Assembly (NCBI RefSeq): GCF_037042905.1
Contig: NC_087250.1
Location: 18,912,001-18,976,000 of the forward strand
DNA length: 64,000 nucleotides
Direction of reading: 5' to 3'
From: Lytechinus pictus
Taxonomy: Eukaryota
The notes under the pieces are model-generated. The model saw only the letters and a program-made list of their open reading frames with translations. It did not search any database and was not told where the DNA came from. Made by a program: the position numbers and the translations under genes. This document shows positions 13,056-25,637 of the stretch, one piece after another; the stretch's first letter is position 1; each line of letters begins with the position of its first letter.

Positions 13056-13870
13056 TTAACCCTTTGAACCTGAACCACGAACGCGCATGTACCCTAAAAG
13101 CCGGAATACCGGCTTCAAGTCATGTGATTAAAAAAGCAAGAGTTTTAGATATCAGGTGACCTTCTAAAAATGTCATTTTAGAGATATTCAGTGGATAACT
13201 TCAATTTGTAATTTCGTCAACGATTGGCTTTCATTTGTAAGGTTTTAGCACAAAAAATGACCCAAATATACTACCCTACAAAGGAGGCTCGTGCGATAAT
13301 ACATGGCAAGTCGTATATGGACTATGCGTAAGCTATTTATAAATATTAATTCCGTCAAACCAATGATTTTGAGACAAAATTTGAGATTATTGTTTGTACG
13401 ATAAGCTGCACAACATCAGCTGGGCCAGCAGACCTGCCAACCAGTATGTTTTTGGCGTATTTAGTACGTTTTTGCAACCAAAATACGGCAGTACGTAAAA
13501 AACATGTTTAAATGTTTGTTTTTTTCATCTGCAAGAGCAGTGCGCATTTTAGCTTGCATGCAGCTTGAGCGCAGCGATGAGCGAGTGTGCCACACATTTT
13601 ATTATGAAATACACTTTTTGGGGAAAAATACACATTTTTATCACAGAATACAATTTTTCATTCCCAGAGGTTGGCAGGTCTGGGCCAGGTCAGGTACCGG
13701 TACCAGCGGAGTAAGGTGCTGCTGGCATGGTTGGACTTGAATCATGAGAATAGGAGATCATTTATTTCAAATGTCATGTTTTTCTTCATTTGCCGATAAT
13801 CTTGATATCTGCAAATAATGCAGGGTAAGGGTCATGACCATCCTAAACAATTCAGGGTTCAAAGGGTTAA
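13056..13870. mobile_element. piggyBac-type non-autonomous element carrying a nested insertion
   Basis: TTAA|CCCTTTGAACC(C)TGAA ... TTCAGGGTTCAAAGGG|TTAA. Confidence 0.85.
13429..13682. mobile_element. MITE with 6-bp TSD nested in the piggyBac-type element
   Basis: TIR CAGACCTGCCAACC/GGTTGGCAGGTCTG with TSD GGCCAG on both sides. Related to 28134-28604. Confidence 0.88.
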
Positions 13871-14766
13871 TATATACTGGAATAGGAAAGAAATATATTG
13901 GGGGATTAAAAAGATGTACTTAATGGATGGGAAAGCGGTGTAGATTACCAACTTATTCATATTTAATATCTAAGACCCAAATTCACAAAAGACGTTTAAA
14001 CGGCTGCATAGTTTTTTTTAAGTGTGTTAACACTGATAATAATCCAATAATGGAGGATGTGCAGGTGCGCACTTGGGGAACTCGTGCACATCATTTGTAA
14101 CCTACCATCCCACAACCAATAAGTCGCCAGGTAAGGTTTTCTGCAAAAAGCGAAAATAGTAATTCAGTCTCCAAATACCAAAAATATGCTTAGCTGCAAG
14201 AGCAATTTTTCTTCTTCATACTTAAAAAATTTGAGGTAATGAAATTGAATAAAAGAAAGGATACAAGAGATTTTTGGACACTTTGGAAGTTTCCAAGATT
14301 ACAGTGTGGAGATCTTATGCTTGAGTGAACCCCAAACTTCAAACCTTGTTTTCTCCCTATCTTTTGCAACTCTCGCTGAGTTTCCTCTGCATTCAATCAA
14401 GTACTTGTGATGGTTATTGTTGGTCAATGTTAACAAATTATATATCATTTTTAAAGCTTAGGAAGTGAATTTTTCAAGCTCCATAAATATCTCGATATTC
14501 ATTTTGGTCGACTACTTGTTGGTTTGGGGAAGGCAGGTCACAGTTAGTGAACTTGAAAATATATGAGTGGGTTTTGTACCCTCTTAGTGTAACCTCTTTT
14601 GTTAATTTGGGTCCTAAATTTATTGTTCAATTATTTTGTTTTCCATGCAACTCATACATAGAAATGTATCTTATGTTTAGATGTTAATACATATATTTAT
14701 ACTACTTGGGAATATGGGGTTCTTTACAGAATGTGGAGGAATACTTCATTTAAAGAATTATGTCTA

Positions 14767-14772
14767 AATAAA
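14767..14772 (+). promoter_or_regulatory. Candidate polyadenylation signal of TGFBRAP1
   Basis: AATAAA followed within ~20-50 nt by T/GT-rich tracts. Would give a ~3-kb 3'UTR. Many other AATAAA exist in this AT-rich DNA. Confidence 0.3.
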
Positions 14773-15406
14773 TGACAAAGACTATATGTATTTTTTTCAA
14801 GTGTCTGATTTTTTTTTTGTATTTCCTCTCTCTCAAATGGCATTTTCAGAGAGCAAGAATAAGCATATATCTGCCATAGCATTGATTCATCATCCCATGG
14901 CAACTTGTTATGAAGAAATCACTGAGCCTTGTCCATTGAAGAGTTGCTCTTAATCTGAAAAATATATCTTGACCTTGGGAAGCAAAGCTAAATCCAGGGT
15001 AATAAAAATAGAGCGCCTCTGAATTTCTAGATAGATGGCGCTATTTATATAAAGGATGATATCCAACATACATACACCTCCCTGAGGAAAATTCTGTGAC
15101 ATAACCTGTCACTTTATATTAAAAATTCAGAACTTTCTCATAGTTTGTCCGATTTTATCAAAACTTTCCATTTACTTGTCTCATTTTTTTTCATCAGATG
15201 ATTTTTTTTATTTGGGCTGGATTCCCCTTTAAGGATGACATCTACCATGCATACACTCTCTCCGAGGAAAATACCATGAAATAATCAACCCTTTTTTTTG
15301 TACACCTGGCCCATATTTTCCTTTGACTTTATATTAAAAGCCATGATAAATTGGGAGTATCGCAATTATTTCACAGCAACAGATCATATCAAGAATGTTT
15401 CACATA

Positions 15407-15780
15407 CAGTGGTGCTCAAAAGTTAATGAACCCTACCAGAAAATGTACTTATTTCACCCTTAGCGTGCCACTGACACATTTTTGTGCAATTTTCTCTTTT
15501 TTCAAAACAACAAAGCCTCTTGTGTTGTGTATGTTGATTAATTTCCAGTCAATTACACAAGGCAAGGCTTGAACATATTTTCCTAAACTTCAAACAGAAA
15601 ATCGACTAATTTCGACAAAAAATTATAATATGGCACCTCAAGAGTTAAAGTGTTATAAGTTCTGCCATGTTTTAGATATTTCACTGGGAAGTCAGGTGAG
15701 CATTGTAGTGTTGTCGTCTATATTCAACACTCGGCATGAAGGAGTGCATTTTGTGGTGGGGTTCACTAACTTTGGAGCTC
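15407..15780. mobile_element. Tc1/mariner-type non-autonomous remnant (partial relative at ~48060-48273)
   Basis: TA|CAGTGGTGCTCAAAAGTTAATGAACCC left end and degenerate inverted GGGTTCACTAACTTTGGAGC right end. Confidence 0.7.
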
Positions 15781-16607
15781 TTTTGGGGGTCGGCCATTTA
15801 GTCCGCACACACCACAATCAATAACAAACCACACCATAATCAAAAGTTTTGATTCATATATTTTATTTTATTATCATAGCAATGAAAAGGAAGCAATTGA
15901 AGAACCTAAAGATGATAAAATATCAAAGAAAATGATAGAATTATTGAAGGTAAATTCACTATTTCATGGTGATGTATTCTGTACATATGCATCAATATGT
16001 TAAATGCATTCATTTGATGTGCAATTAAAAAGGGCCAAGTACATGTAGAAGTGTACAACAGCAAAAGTCATCAGCAAATGAAAAAATGAAAAATTTTCCC
16101 AACAAAATTACAAACCTCAGATAGCCTAAATACAAGGTTAATCATACAAACTATTTCTTTCATTATATAATAACAAAATAAATGCATTTATAAGATTTTT
16201 CAGAAGTTATTTACAGCCATAATCTCTTTTTGTCAAACTAATCACTGTACATAAAAAGTGGAAATCATCTATTTTCTGATATATATGCAAAGACCTGATG
16301 CACCAATATGAACTGCTATAGAGACTATAAATCTAATGGATATTGTGTAGATAAAATATACAATACCAATGCATCAATCTGGGTATACATGTAAGTATGC
16401 TAGCACATGTATAAGACATTAAGTTTTTTAAAGACTATTTGAGAAATACATACACGTACATGCAAAAAAGGTTAAGCTGTCATTCATCATGTTCATGAGA
16501 AAACAAAAACTTCATTTAAAAGGAAGGCCTAAAACAGATCGCATATTGTGAATAATTGCAATAAAATTTATGATTTTCTATTTTTCTTGCTGGCTAGTGA
16601 GCAGTTA

Positions 16608-16942
16608 TTAAAGGAAAATAAAACCTTTGGAACAAGATAGCTTGTGCATAAACAGACAAATTTAAGAAACAGATCAACAAAAGTTTGAGAAAAGTTGGAT
16701 AGTAAGAAAGTTGAGCATTTGAGGTTCAGATCATTATCGTAATGTAGATCCTCCCATAGGCAATGCGACAAAAATGTGTGATGTCACATGTGAACAACTT
16801 TCCCATGACTTTTCAATATATTTCACTTAATCTGCCTCTTTTATCACATCTATCAGTAGATTCAAAGATCAGTTGATCTTATTCTTTGATTTTTCTGTTT
16901 CCACACAAGCACACTTGTTCCAAAGGTTTCATTCCCCTTTAA
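16608..16942. mobile_element. TTAA MITE family B, internally deleted
   Basis: Same termini as 25046-25637 with a shortened right arm. Confidence 0.85.
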
Positions 16943-19900
16943 TGAAATAGTGAGATTAGAAAGTCAATCATGTAAAAACTCTCAATACTTAGAAAATGAA
17001 AAAAAAAATTCTTCCAAGGATAAGAGTAAAAGCAAATAATAACTATGCCGAATGTACATCTAACGGCTCAAATTGAATAAAAATTAAAAAGTGGATTTAG
17101 CTAAATATGACGAAAACTCTTCACACGAAAATTTTTCTTTTTGGTCACTCCAACAATAAATTCATATATAAATATTTTTATTTACTTACATACAGGTTTT
17201 GCGTATGAATAATTTCCTCCTATAATTGCCACCCTTAAACAAAAGCAAACAAACTAAAACATTTTGGAAAAATAAGCGTGAAATGTCTGTCCCAATAAAA
17301 ACAACGATCATACGTACATGTATAAATGAAGCAATATTTCAAGCAACAAGCATAGAACATGCTTGTGCTTGAAATTATTCCTCATTAAGTATTGATAACC
17401 ATGTTGAATTTTTATTCAAAATGCTGGTATTTTTACAAATAGAAAGAATGATTTATATAAAATTATTGAAACAAAAAAAACACTGAAATTCATGTTTAAT
17501 TGCCATTATTTCGCACCATAATAATAAAGCACAATTATCCAAATATTCATGATCAGGAGTGTAAATCTAGCACATCTACTTTTTTTAAACCAAAATCAAT
17601 GGCTCATTCCAAGTCAAAACACTAAATTAAAGTGTACCTTTTTCACAAAATCTGAATTGTTCACGGTCTAAATTTAAACCATCTTTATGAATTCCAACCT
17701 ACAGACTTATGCCGCCTGCAAACCATACTTCGATCCCTATTCCAGGTTTTCTGCAGAAATGTAACCTATTCTCGGAACCAAAACCTTGTTCCATAGCTTG
17801 GTACAATAGTCTTAATTATATGAAATATCACAATATGGATTCACGATTTTATGATCGATGTAGCGATTGATGATTAGTACTTAAGAAATAAGACACCTTT
17901 TATAAAACTGCATTCACACACAATAATTAATCATGCATACATATTCATTTTCAAAGGCAAATGTAATGATGATTCCTATAAAGATGATGTATATATCATA
18001 TTGAGAGAGCAAGAAATGTGACTTGCACAGAAAATATGCACAGTCGGATTGTAAAGCGTATTGTAAGTCACATTGTTACAAATACATGCAGCCATTGTAT
18101 CTGCACAACCTTTCGTTTCGGAAAGGGTTAAAATCTTGAGGGCCCTGACAAAAAGACCAATCACTTGAAAGCCCTGTGATCAGAAGCCAGCGAAATTTAT
18201 GACTAATCACACGCCAATTCCTGTGGAAGAACTACACCACACAATACCCCTCGATGCAAATCTGAAATCGTAAATTTACAGAGATAGGACGCCCTCTATT
18301 TCTGAAAGCAAATAATGGGGGCAATAGTACTTGCTATGCCACGGGAATGTAATATCCCCCAAATATCTTCCCATCGGCTACGAGAGGGACTACATAATAG
18401 CGGTCAGAATTCATAAACTTACGTGTACTAGTACATCCATTCCTCACAGCTTTTACAAGGAGGAATTCAGAGGATATTACCATTAAATTTTGTGCAATAC
18501 ATATTCATATTTTTATTTGTGACTGACTTTAAATCCGTTTGATACCATGAGATTACAATACCAAAGGAACTGAATAAAACCAATGTTGTAAGATTGTAGA
18601 CATTCGACAGTGTAGTTCAAATACTCAAAAGATTTTTTTTTTTCCTACTGTGGTATATTTGGACACTTCATGATGACTGTATTTGGTGCAATGCCTTTGT
18701 CAACACAAAATGTGATTTTAGGCCTTTGGTAATTAACATATCCACGCATCAACATACATGTATTAAAATTAATTCCAGTATCATTGTTTTCTCCCCCTCC
18801 TTTACTAATAGATATATAATAATTTCTTAATGCACCATCAATATAAACTCAGCATCTGTTGCATTCTAAACTCACCATTATGCTACTTTTACCATAATAG
18901 TACATGTAATTACCATGGTAACAGTGCTATGAAGCCAATTGAATTCAAGGTTTCCACGGTAATTTCAATACCTATTATGTCAAAGTTTCCAAAATAGTAA
19001 GATTTAATGCATTTACTTTATTTCTTTTTCTTTCCTTTCAAATCAAACATGAGAACACACTTTATATTGTATTGGACAAGTTACATGTTATATTATATTG
19101 GATACATTTACTGCTTCAACAAAACTGATCTATCTGCATATACATGATAGAAAAAGGTGAGTACATATCAGAGTACTGCAATTAATTATTAAGAAATCAT
19201 TCAAATTATTTCATCTAACACTAATAAAGGCTGCAGGGAAGAAACAAAAAAACAAAGGTGAAAAAATAGTACTTATTCATGATCCATAGTAGTTTGAATT
19301 TGTAGAAAAATATCTATAATTAATTATAACTTCGTATTGTCATATACAACTCTGTTTTGTAATCAAAACAATTACATGCATCAAAAATCACACTTAATCG
19401 TACATTTAACACATATATTTCAAGAATTTTATTGTTTTAATATAGTTTTTACATCTATAGACTGTAAATATTATATTTTTCTATTGCTTAAACTGTGTTC
19501 TAAATGTCATATATACAGTGCAGTCTATGTCCTTCTAAATGGCTATACTATTGCTTGAGTAAAAGGGTATGGGGAACTAAACAAAGAACTGCATTTTTTG
19601 ATTTTTCACAAATACTTTTTATAAAACATTCAGAAGTCAAGCAAAACATATATATTTGTAATATATAAATGCCTAACTTCTTAATTTCATAGGCTGATAA
19701 TATTCCCCCCCAAAAATGTCAAAAACCGATGAAATTTGAGGAGAGCTTACTACCCCTGTATTCTGATAATCATAAAATTCAGTAAGTTGTTAGAATTTTA
19801 GGCAAACAGAAGCAAAGTCTGTTGAGTAGAGGTATCATTTCCAAAGTCATGGGAGCAAATATTACAGTAGCGCCCTCTACAGTTTCATGCAAGTTCCTAA

Positions 19901-21799
19901 TTACACCAAATGCAAACAGCATGCGATCACCTGTGGCGGCAAATACAAACACAAAGTCATCATTTTTTATGCAGATTTGTAGATAGAGTAGACTCTGCTT
20001 AAGTCGACCTTGTGCAACTCGAAAACTTGTATTAATCGAAAGAAAAGAAAAGTCCCAACTTTCCCCCACAGACTTACGTGTATAAGTTCAGTGTATAAGC
20101 CGACTTTTTTATGTCAAACAACCACCTAAGTCGATCAATTACTGGACAATATACATGTAAATGGCACAGAAAGAATAACTAAAGCATACTAGAATTACAT
20201 CAAACAAAAACCGATGTGAAGGCCATCGTTCCTCGAAGTAGATATGTAACAAATGGTTCGGAAAGACTAAAGGAAACTAGAATTTCAAACAAAAATTGAG
20301 GTGAAAATTGAAAGGAATGCTATTTTGACACAGAATCGTATCTATTTCATTGCTGGTTTCTTTTACACAAAGGTTTATGTACATTTCAATAGCATAGAGA
20401 GTGAAAGTTATAGGAAACTATGGCCCACATTCTGAACTGGGTTTAATTCAGACCGTGGTTTCAAATTAAGGTATAACTAAGGATAGCCAATTGTGAAGGA
20501 AATCTCTGACTGTAGAGCTTAACATTATCAGCTCATTTTTCTTTCATTTCGGAGGGATAATTATGATAGCTTCTTCACCATTCACGAGTTAGGAAAGAGC
20601 ACAGTAAACATATGAAACATACAATGTAAGGAAAATGTTGACATTTTTGGCTTTCCATAACTTCAGCACAGAGTTCGACCATGTTCTACGTTAAATCTGA
20701 CTTCAGAATATGGGCCAATGAAATTAAATACAGTACACAGACTACGGTAAGGCCATTATTCTTACGTCCAGTTTAACTTTATAGCCTGCGGTCCAACCCA
20801 GTGCTAAAATTATGGAAAGCCAAAAAGTTTCAAAATTTTGTTTAACAATGTTTGTTTTCTAATGTTCATTGTGCTCTTTCTTCATGCTACAATGGCGAAG
20901 AAAAGCAAATTCAGTAATCGTTCCTAGATAGTTATGAATGACCGGAGTACGAGATGAGCTGGCGAATCGAGCCTGTACTGTTGAAGATTTCTGTCTCAAT
21001 TGGCTATCCATACTTCAACCAGAACTTTAGGCCAGGGTTTACATTAAACCCAAGTTCAGACCAAGTACGGGGCATTTAATTCAAGAATTTTGACATGAAG
21101 GCTAAAGCAGCAAAGTGTATCACTCAACAAGAAAAGCTTGAATAGATTTGCAAGTGGATGATCTAATCTGGTAATAATATAATAGTAATCACCTCGTAAC
21201 CACTTTAAATGCATGTAAAACAGAGGGGAGCTACACGCTACACATACACCTTCATAGACAAGCCTTATGAATGTCCTCACAAGGATTTGACCCCTAGTCT
21301 AGTCATTTATACATAGTTCTACATAATAAAACTAAATAGATGTGTATTTCTGACATCTTCTTTGAATAAAATACGCTGTAAAATAGTTCTCAACTATAAA
21401 TATAGAATTCACACCAAGTAACATATGCTTTTACATGTAAGTACTGTGATATTATGTATAATATGTACTAGTTGTAATCCTATCTGTTGTAATCTGAATA
21501 TGATATACTGGGCCCCCATTTCATAAAACTTGTTTTAGTAACAAATTTGCAATAACAGTTAAAAGCTACTGAAATCCTTCTGTCTGATTGGCTGATGGTA
21601 AATTTGTTATAGAAATTGTGCATTTGTTATTATACCAAGTCTTTATGGAACAGGAACCTGGTCTTCTGACAAAAGAGGGCGCTTTTTATCAAAGGGAAAT
21701 GTTCTAGAGTATAGCAAATCATGGATCTGTAACATTGATCGTTTGTCATCTGGGAGCCTAAGGAGAATGAAATAATGCATTCAAATGCAGCTTCAACCA

Positions 21800-22326
21800 A
21801 TCAAAAGACTTGGCTTTCACATCAGGTGACCAGGGATGACCATGTGACTTGATTTTCACATCAGGTGACCATGGATGATCACATGATTTGGTTTCCATAT
21901 CAGATGAACTGGGATGAAAACATGACTTGATATTCACATCAGATGAACTGGGATGAAAACATGACTTGATTTTCCCATCAGGTGACCATGGATAATCACA
22001 TGACTTGATTTTCATGGCTGGTGATCTGAGACTGTCACATGACTTGATATTCACATCAGGTGACCTGGGATAAGTATGTGACTAGATTGTCACATTAAGC
22101 GTAATGAAATATGACTTGATTTTCATCAGAGGCCCTGGGATGACCATATGACTTGGCTTTCACATCAGGTGACCTGGGATAATCACATGACTTGGCTTTC
22201 TCATCAGGTGACCTGGGATGATCATGTGACTTGATTTCACATCAGATGAACTGGGATGATCACATGACTTGGGTTTCACATCAGGTGACCTTAGCTGATC
22301 ATGTGACCAAGTGATCACATGACTTA
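21800..22326. repeat. 39-bp minisatellite, about 13 units
   Basis: Consensus approximately CACATGACTTGATTTTCACATCAGGTGACCTGGGATGAT. Confidence 0.92.
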
Positions 22327-23339
22327 TCAGGAAAAGATGCAGGCAGAGTCGGTGGTGAGCACATAGTGGATTATTGGAAGCATGAAGTTATACACCTATA
22401 TATATACTATCAAGAAATCAATGAAACAAAATAAAAAGGAAAAGATAAAGGCATACAGTACATGTATGCAAAATAGTGAAATGCTGTACATAAATATAAT
22501 TATCAAAGTAATCTAACCCTCTCTATTATTAGGGGTGATTTTTGCTTAAATGTACATGAAGGAAAGAGGCATCTCCCTTTGGAGTGTACAGTATGAAACT
22601 AAACAAAAATAGGAATATGAAATCCTGAGAGAAGCTGAGAATTATCAAAATATGATATATTGGTGGTAAGTCATACTAGTTTGGGGGTCTGAAAAAAAAT
22701 GAATTCTATAAAACTTGAAAATATCTGTAGAATATCTTGCCAAAATAACTAGGCATGCTCTCCAACATGACATCGCTTTCACAGGTAATCCCAAGTGAAA
22801 ATTTATTTCATGAATTTCATTTATGAATAATATATCCCCTCGAAAATGTTTTTTTAGAAGAGAGTAAGTACCAACATGTGACATTGTCAATTATCTTTTG
22901 TGCATTTCAGCACTTTCATTTATATGTCAGTAGATCATGATGGGAAACCTTACATTGGATCATGATGGCCAGAGTTATGCCCGAATCAATTACACAATAG
23001 ACCCCATATAAACCAGTATGAATTGTCATGGTTGAGAGCCGAGTGTGTGTTTCATAAAGCTGTTCGTAATACCTCAGTCACATTTCCCCTACGGCGGCCA
23101 TAGGGCGAGTCGAAAAAAGCCGTCTTATTCATTTTTATTCAAACAACCTACAATATGTAGCTGGTACAAAAAATGTTATAACGGCCGTTTTTGACTCGCT
23201 GTAGGGGAATTGTGACCAAAGTATAGTCTTATTCATTTTTATTCAAATAACCTACAATATGTAGCTGGTACAAAAAATGTTATAATGGCCGTTTTTGACT
23301 CGCTGTAGGGGAAATGTGAAAGAAGTATAGTGTATAAGT

Positions 23340-23610
23340 GGAGCGTTGTGGCCCAGTGGATTAGTCTTCGGACTTTGAAACAGAGGGTCGTGGGTTCGAA
23401 TCCCAGCCATGGCGTAATTTCCTTCGGCAAGAAACTGATCCACAATGTGCTGCACTCAACCTAGGTGAGGTAAATGGGTACCGGTAGGAAGTAATTCCTT
23501 AAAAAAAAGCTGTTTGCACTATGAACGCCTAGCTTAGCCGGGTAAAATAGGAGCGCCTTGAGCACCTAACAAGGTGGATATGTGCGCAATATAAATACCC
23601 TATATTATAT
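23340..23610 (+). mobile_element. tRNA-derived SINE
   Basis: A box TGGCCCAGTGG, B box GGTTCGAATCC, (TAT)-rich tail and TSD TATAAGT. Confidence 0.9.
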
Positions 23611-24017
23611 TATAAGTTACGAGCAACTTTACAAATGCCTGTTGATCCTTTCTTGAGGTAAATTATGTGAACCAAATTTTCAATAGTGTGGATTTAGCTC
23701 CTAAGAGAGGCTCACCGGTCACTTGCAAATTTTCTTGTAACTTTATACAAACAACTTATGAAACACCCACCAGGCCTATTGGCACTAATTTCAATGGGGC
23801 TATGTAGGAATACAGGACCATCTTGGGCGCCATGGACCAAATCCAACCAAAATTTGGTAGTGGAGGTTTCTTATCATGCTCTGCCAATATATGATGCGTA
23901 AATCACTGAAATGCAGAAAAGAGTTTTCTTTGTGACACCATCACTTTGGTAAACCTTGGAATACTTCAAGTGCTAACCTGTTACAGAGTACAATTGAAAC
24001 CACTGCAAACCGGCGCC

Positions 24018-24215
24018 CTATAGATTGTTGAACGCTGCAAATTTATCCTCCCAGTTTTTGGCCGACGCCTGCTTCTTCTTCTTCCTTCCTGCGGCCAGTA
24101 TCCTTGCCTTTTCCATCGTAGACAGCTCCAGCCCGGACTTGTTGCTATCGATGTTCAGACTAGCTTGCCTCGTGGTGGGTGGGGCGGCGGGTCTGGCTGG
24201 AGGCATAGACTCAGT
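24018..24215 (-). CDS. SLC9A3R1: NHERF-like gene terminal coding exon with EBP50-type ERM-binding C-terminus
   Basis: ttttcttctcccgtgtAG acceptor, phase 0. Encodes TESMPPARP...LELSTMEKARILAAGRKKKKQASAKNWEDKFAAFNNL*, resembling the NHERF1 tail (…KRAPQMDWSKKNELFSNL). Confidence 0.88.
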   Translation of the reverse strand, partial: TESMPPARPAAPPTTRQASLNIDSNKSGLELSTMEKARILAAGRKKKKQASAKNWEDKFAAFNNL

Positions 24216-24354
24216 CTACACGGGAGAAGAAAAAAATAATAATAAAATTATTTGAAGTGTTTTAACGTAATCAGTCAATAATATATGGTGACACCAGCAT
24301 CATCACCAGTATCAGCATCATTATTATGAGTTGTAGTACATGTAGCAATAATGA

Positions 24355-24431
24355 TAGGAGTAGTAGAAATAGTAGTAGTAGTAGTAGTAGTTGTAGTGGT
24401 AATATTAGAAGTAGTAGCTGAAGTAGTAGTA

Positions 24432-24528
<97 letters not shown>

Positions 24529-24571
24529 CAGCAGCAGCAGCAGCAGAAGCAGCAGTAGAAGTAGTAGTACC

Positions 24572-24605
<34 letters not shown>

Positions 24606-24662
24606 ATAGTAGGAGTAGTAGTAGTAGTAGTAGTAGTAGCAGTAGTACTAGTAGTAGTAGTG
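24355..24662. repeat. (TAG)n/(CAG)n microsatellite
   Basis: Direct reading. Confidence 0.97.
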
Positions 24663-25045
24663 TAGGAGTAATAATACCATGATCATTCTGTATCATTAAT
24701 ACCATAACTATTATTAAATTATTATTGTAGTTGTTGTTCATCAATTATACTCTGAAAATTAATCCGTACTTTCTCCGGTTAATTTGCACATTTGTCCGGT
24801 ACTCGGAGCTTCTTCTTTCATCATTTGCTTTCGGGGCTAAATGGGGGGGGGGGGGTGGAAGGATGTTAAACTTACCTATACCTCTTCCAACCGTAGTAAT
24901 AGCAAGCTCGGGGGTAAAAAACTTCAGCTTTTCATAAATCTCTACCCCTACCCAAAAAGAAATTACCACCCAAATCCACCACCACCATTTGAACCATGAC
25001 ATTTCACATAGGAATGGAGACAGGGAGGGTCTTTTACTATTAACT

Positions 25046-25637
25046 TTAAAGGAGAATGAAATCTTTGGAACAAGATAGGTTGTGTGAAAACAGAAAAATC
25101 AAAGAAACAGATCAACGAAAGTTTGAGAAAAATTGGACAAATAATGAGAAAGTTATGAGCATTTGAATAAATCACTAATGATATGGAGATCCTCACATTG
25201 GCAATGCGACAAAGATGTGTGATGTCACTTACAATGAACAACTCTCCCATTACTTTAGTATATATTTCACTTAAACTGCCCCTTATTTCACATCTATCAG
25301 TAGAGCATATATTCTTTCTATAGGAGGGCATGTAATACAGATTTTTAAAGAATACATCATGGATAAAGAGTTTGTATCATCATAAGAAAAAGCAAAAAGA
25401 AACATTTTAGGGGTATTTTATAGTCCATCAAAGGGAAAGTTGTTCACATGTGACATTACACATCCTTGTTGCATTGCCAATGGGAAGATCTCCATAGCAT
25501 TAGTGATTACAATATTCAAATGCTCATAACTTACTCATTATTTGTCCAATTTTTCTCAAACTTTCTTTGTTTATTATTCTTTGATTTTTCTGTTTCGACA
25601 CAAGCCTACTTGTTCCAAAGGTTTCATTCCCCTTTAA
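25046..25637. mobile_element. TTAA palindromic MITE, family B
   Basis: TTAA|AGGAGAATGAAATCTTTGGAACAAG ... CTTGTTCCAAAGGTTTCATTCCCCT|TTAA with long inverted arms. Confidence 0.9.

Noticed and set aside
23340..23412. tRNA gene (also 31719, 45395, 47810-47885)
   Set aside because: The A/B boxes run into a shared SINE body with a simple-repeat tail and TSDs, and there is no proper terminator. These are SINE heads.
24271..24744. Poly-Leu/Val ORFs
   Set aside because: Translations of the (TAG)n microsatellite in the last NHERF intron.
24745..24950. Extra NHERF exons (AG|GTAAGT donor near 24875, acceptor near 24838)
   Set aside because: The implied intron is only ~38 nt, and the upstream segment is phase-incompatible or contains stops in phase 0.
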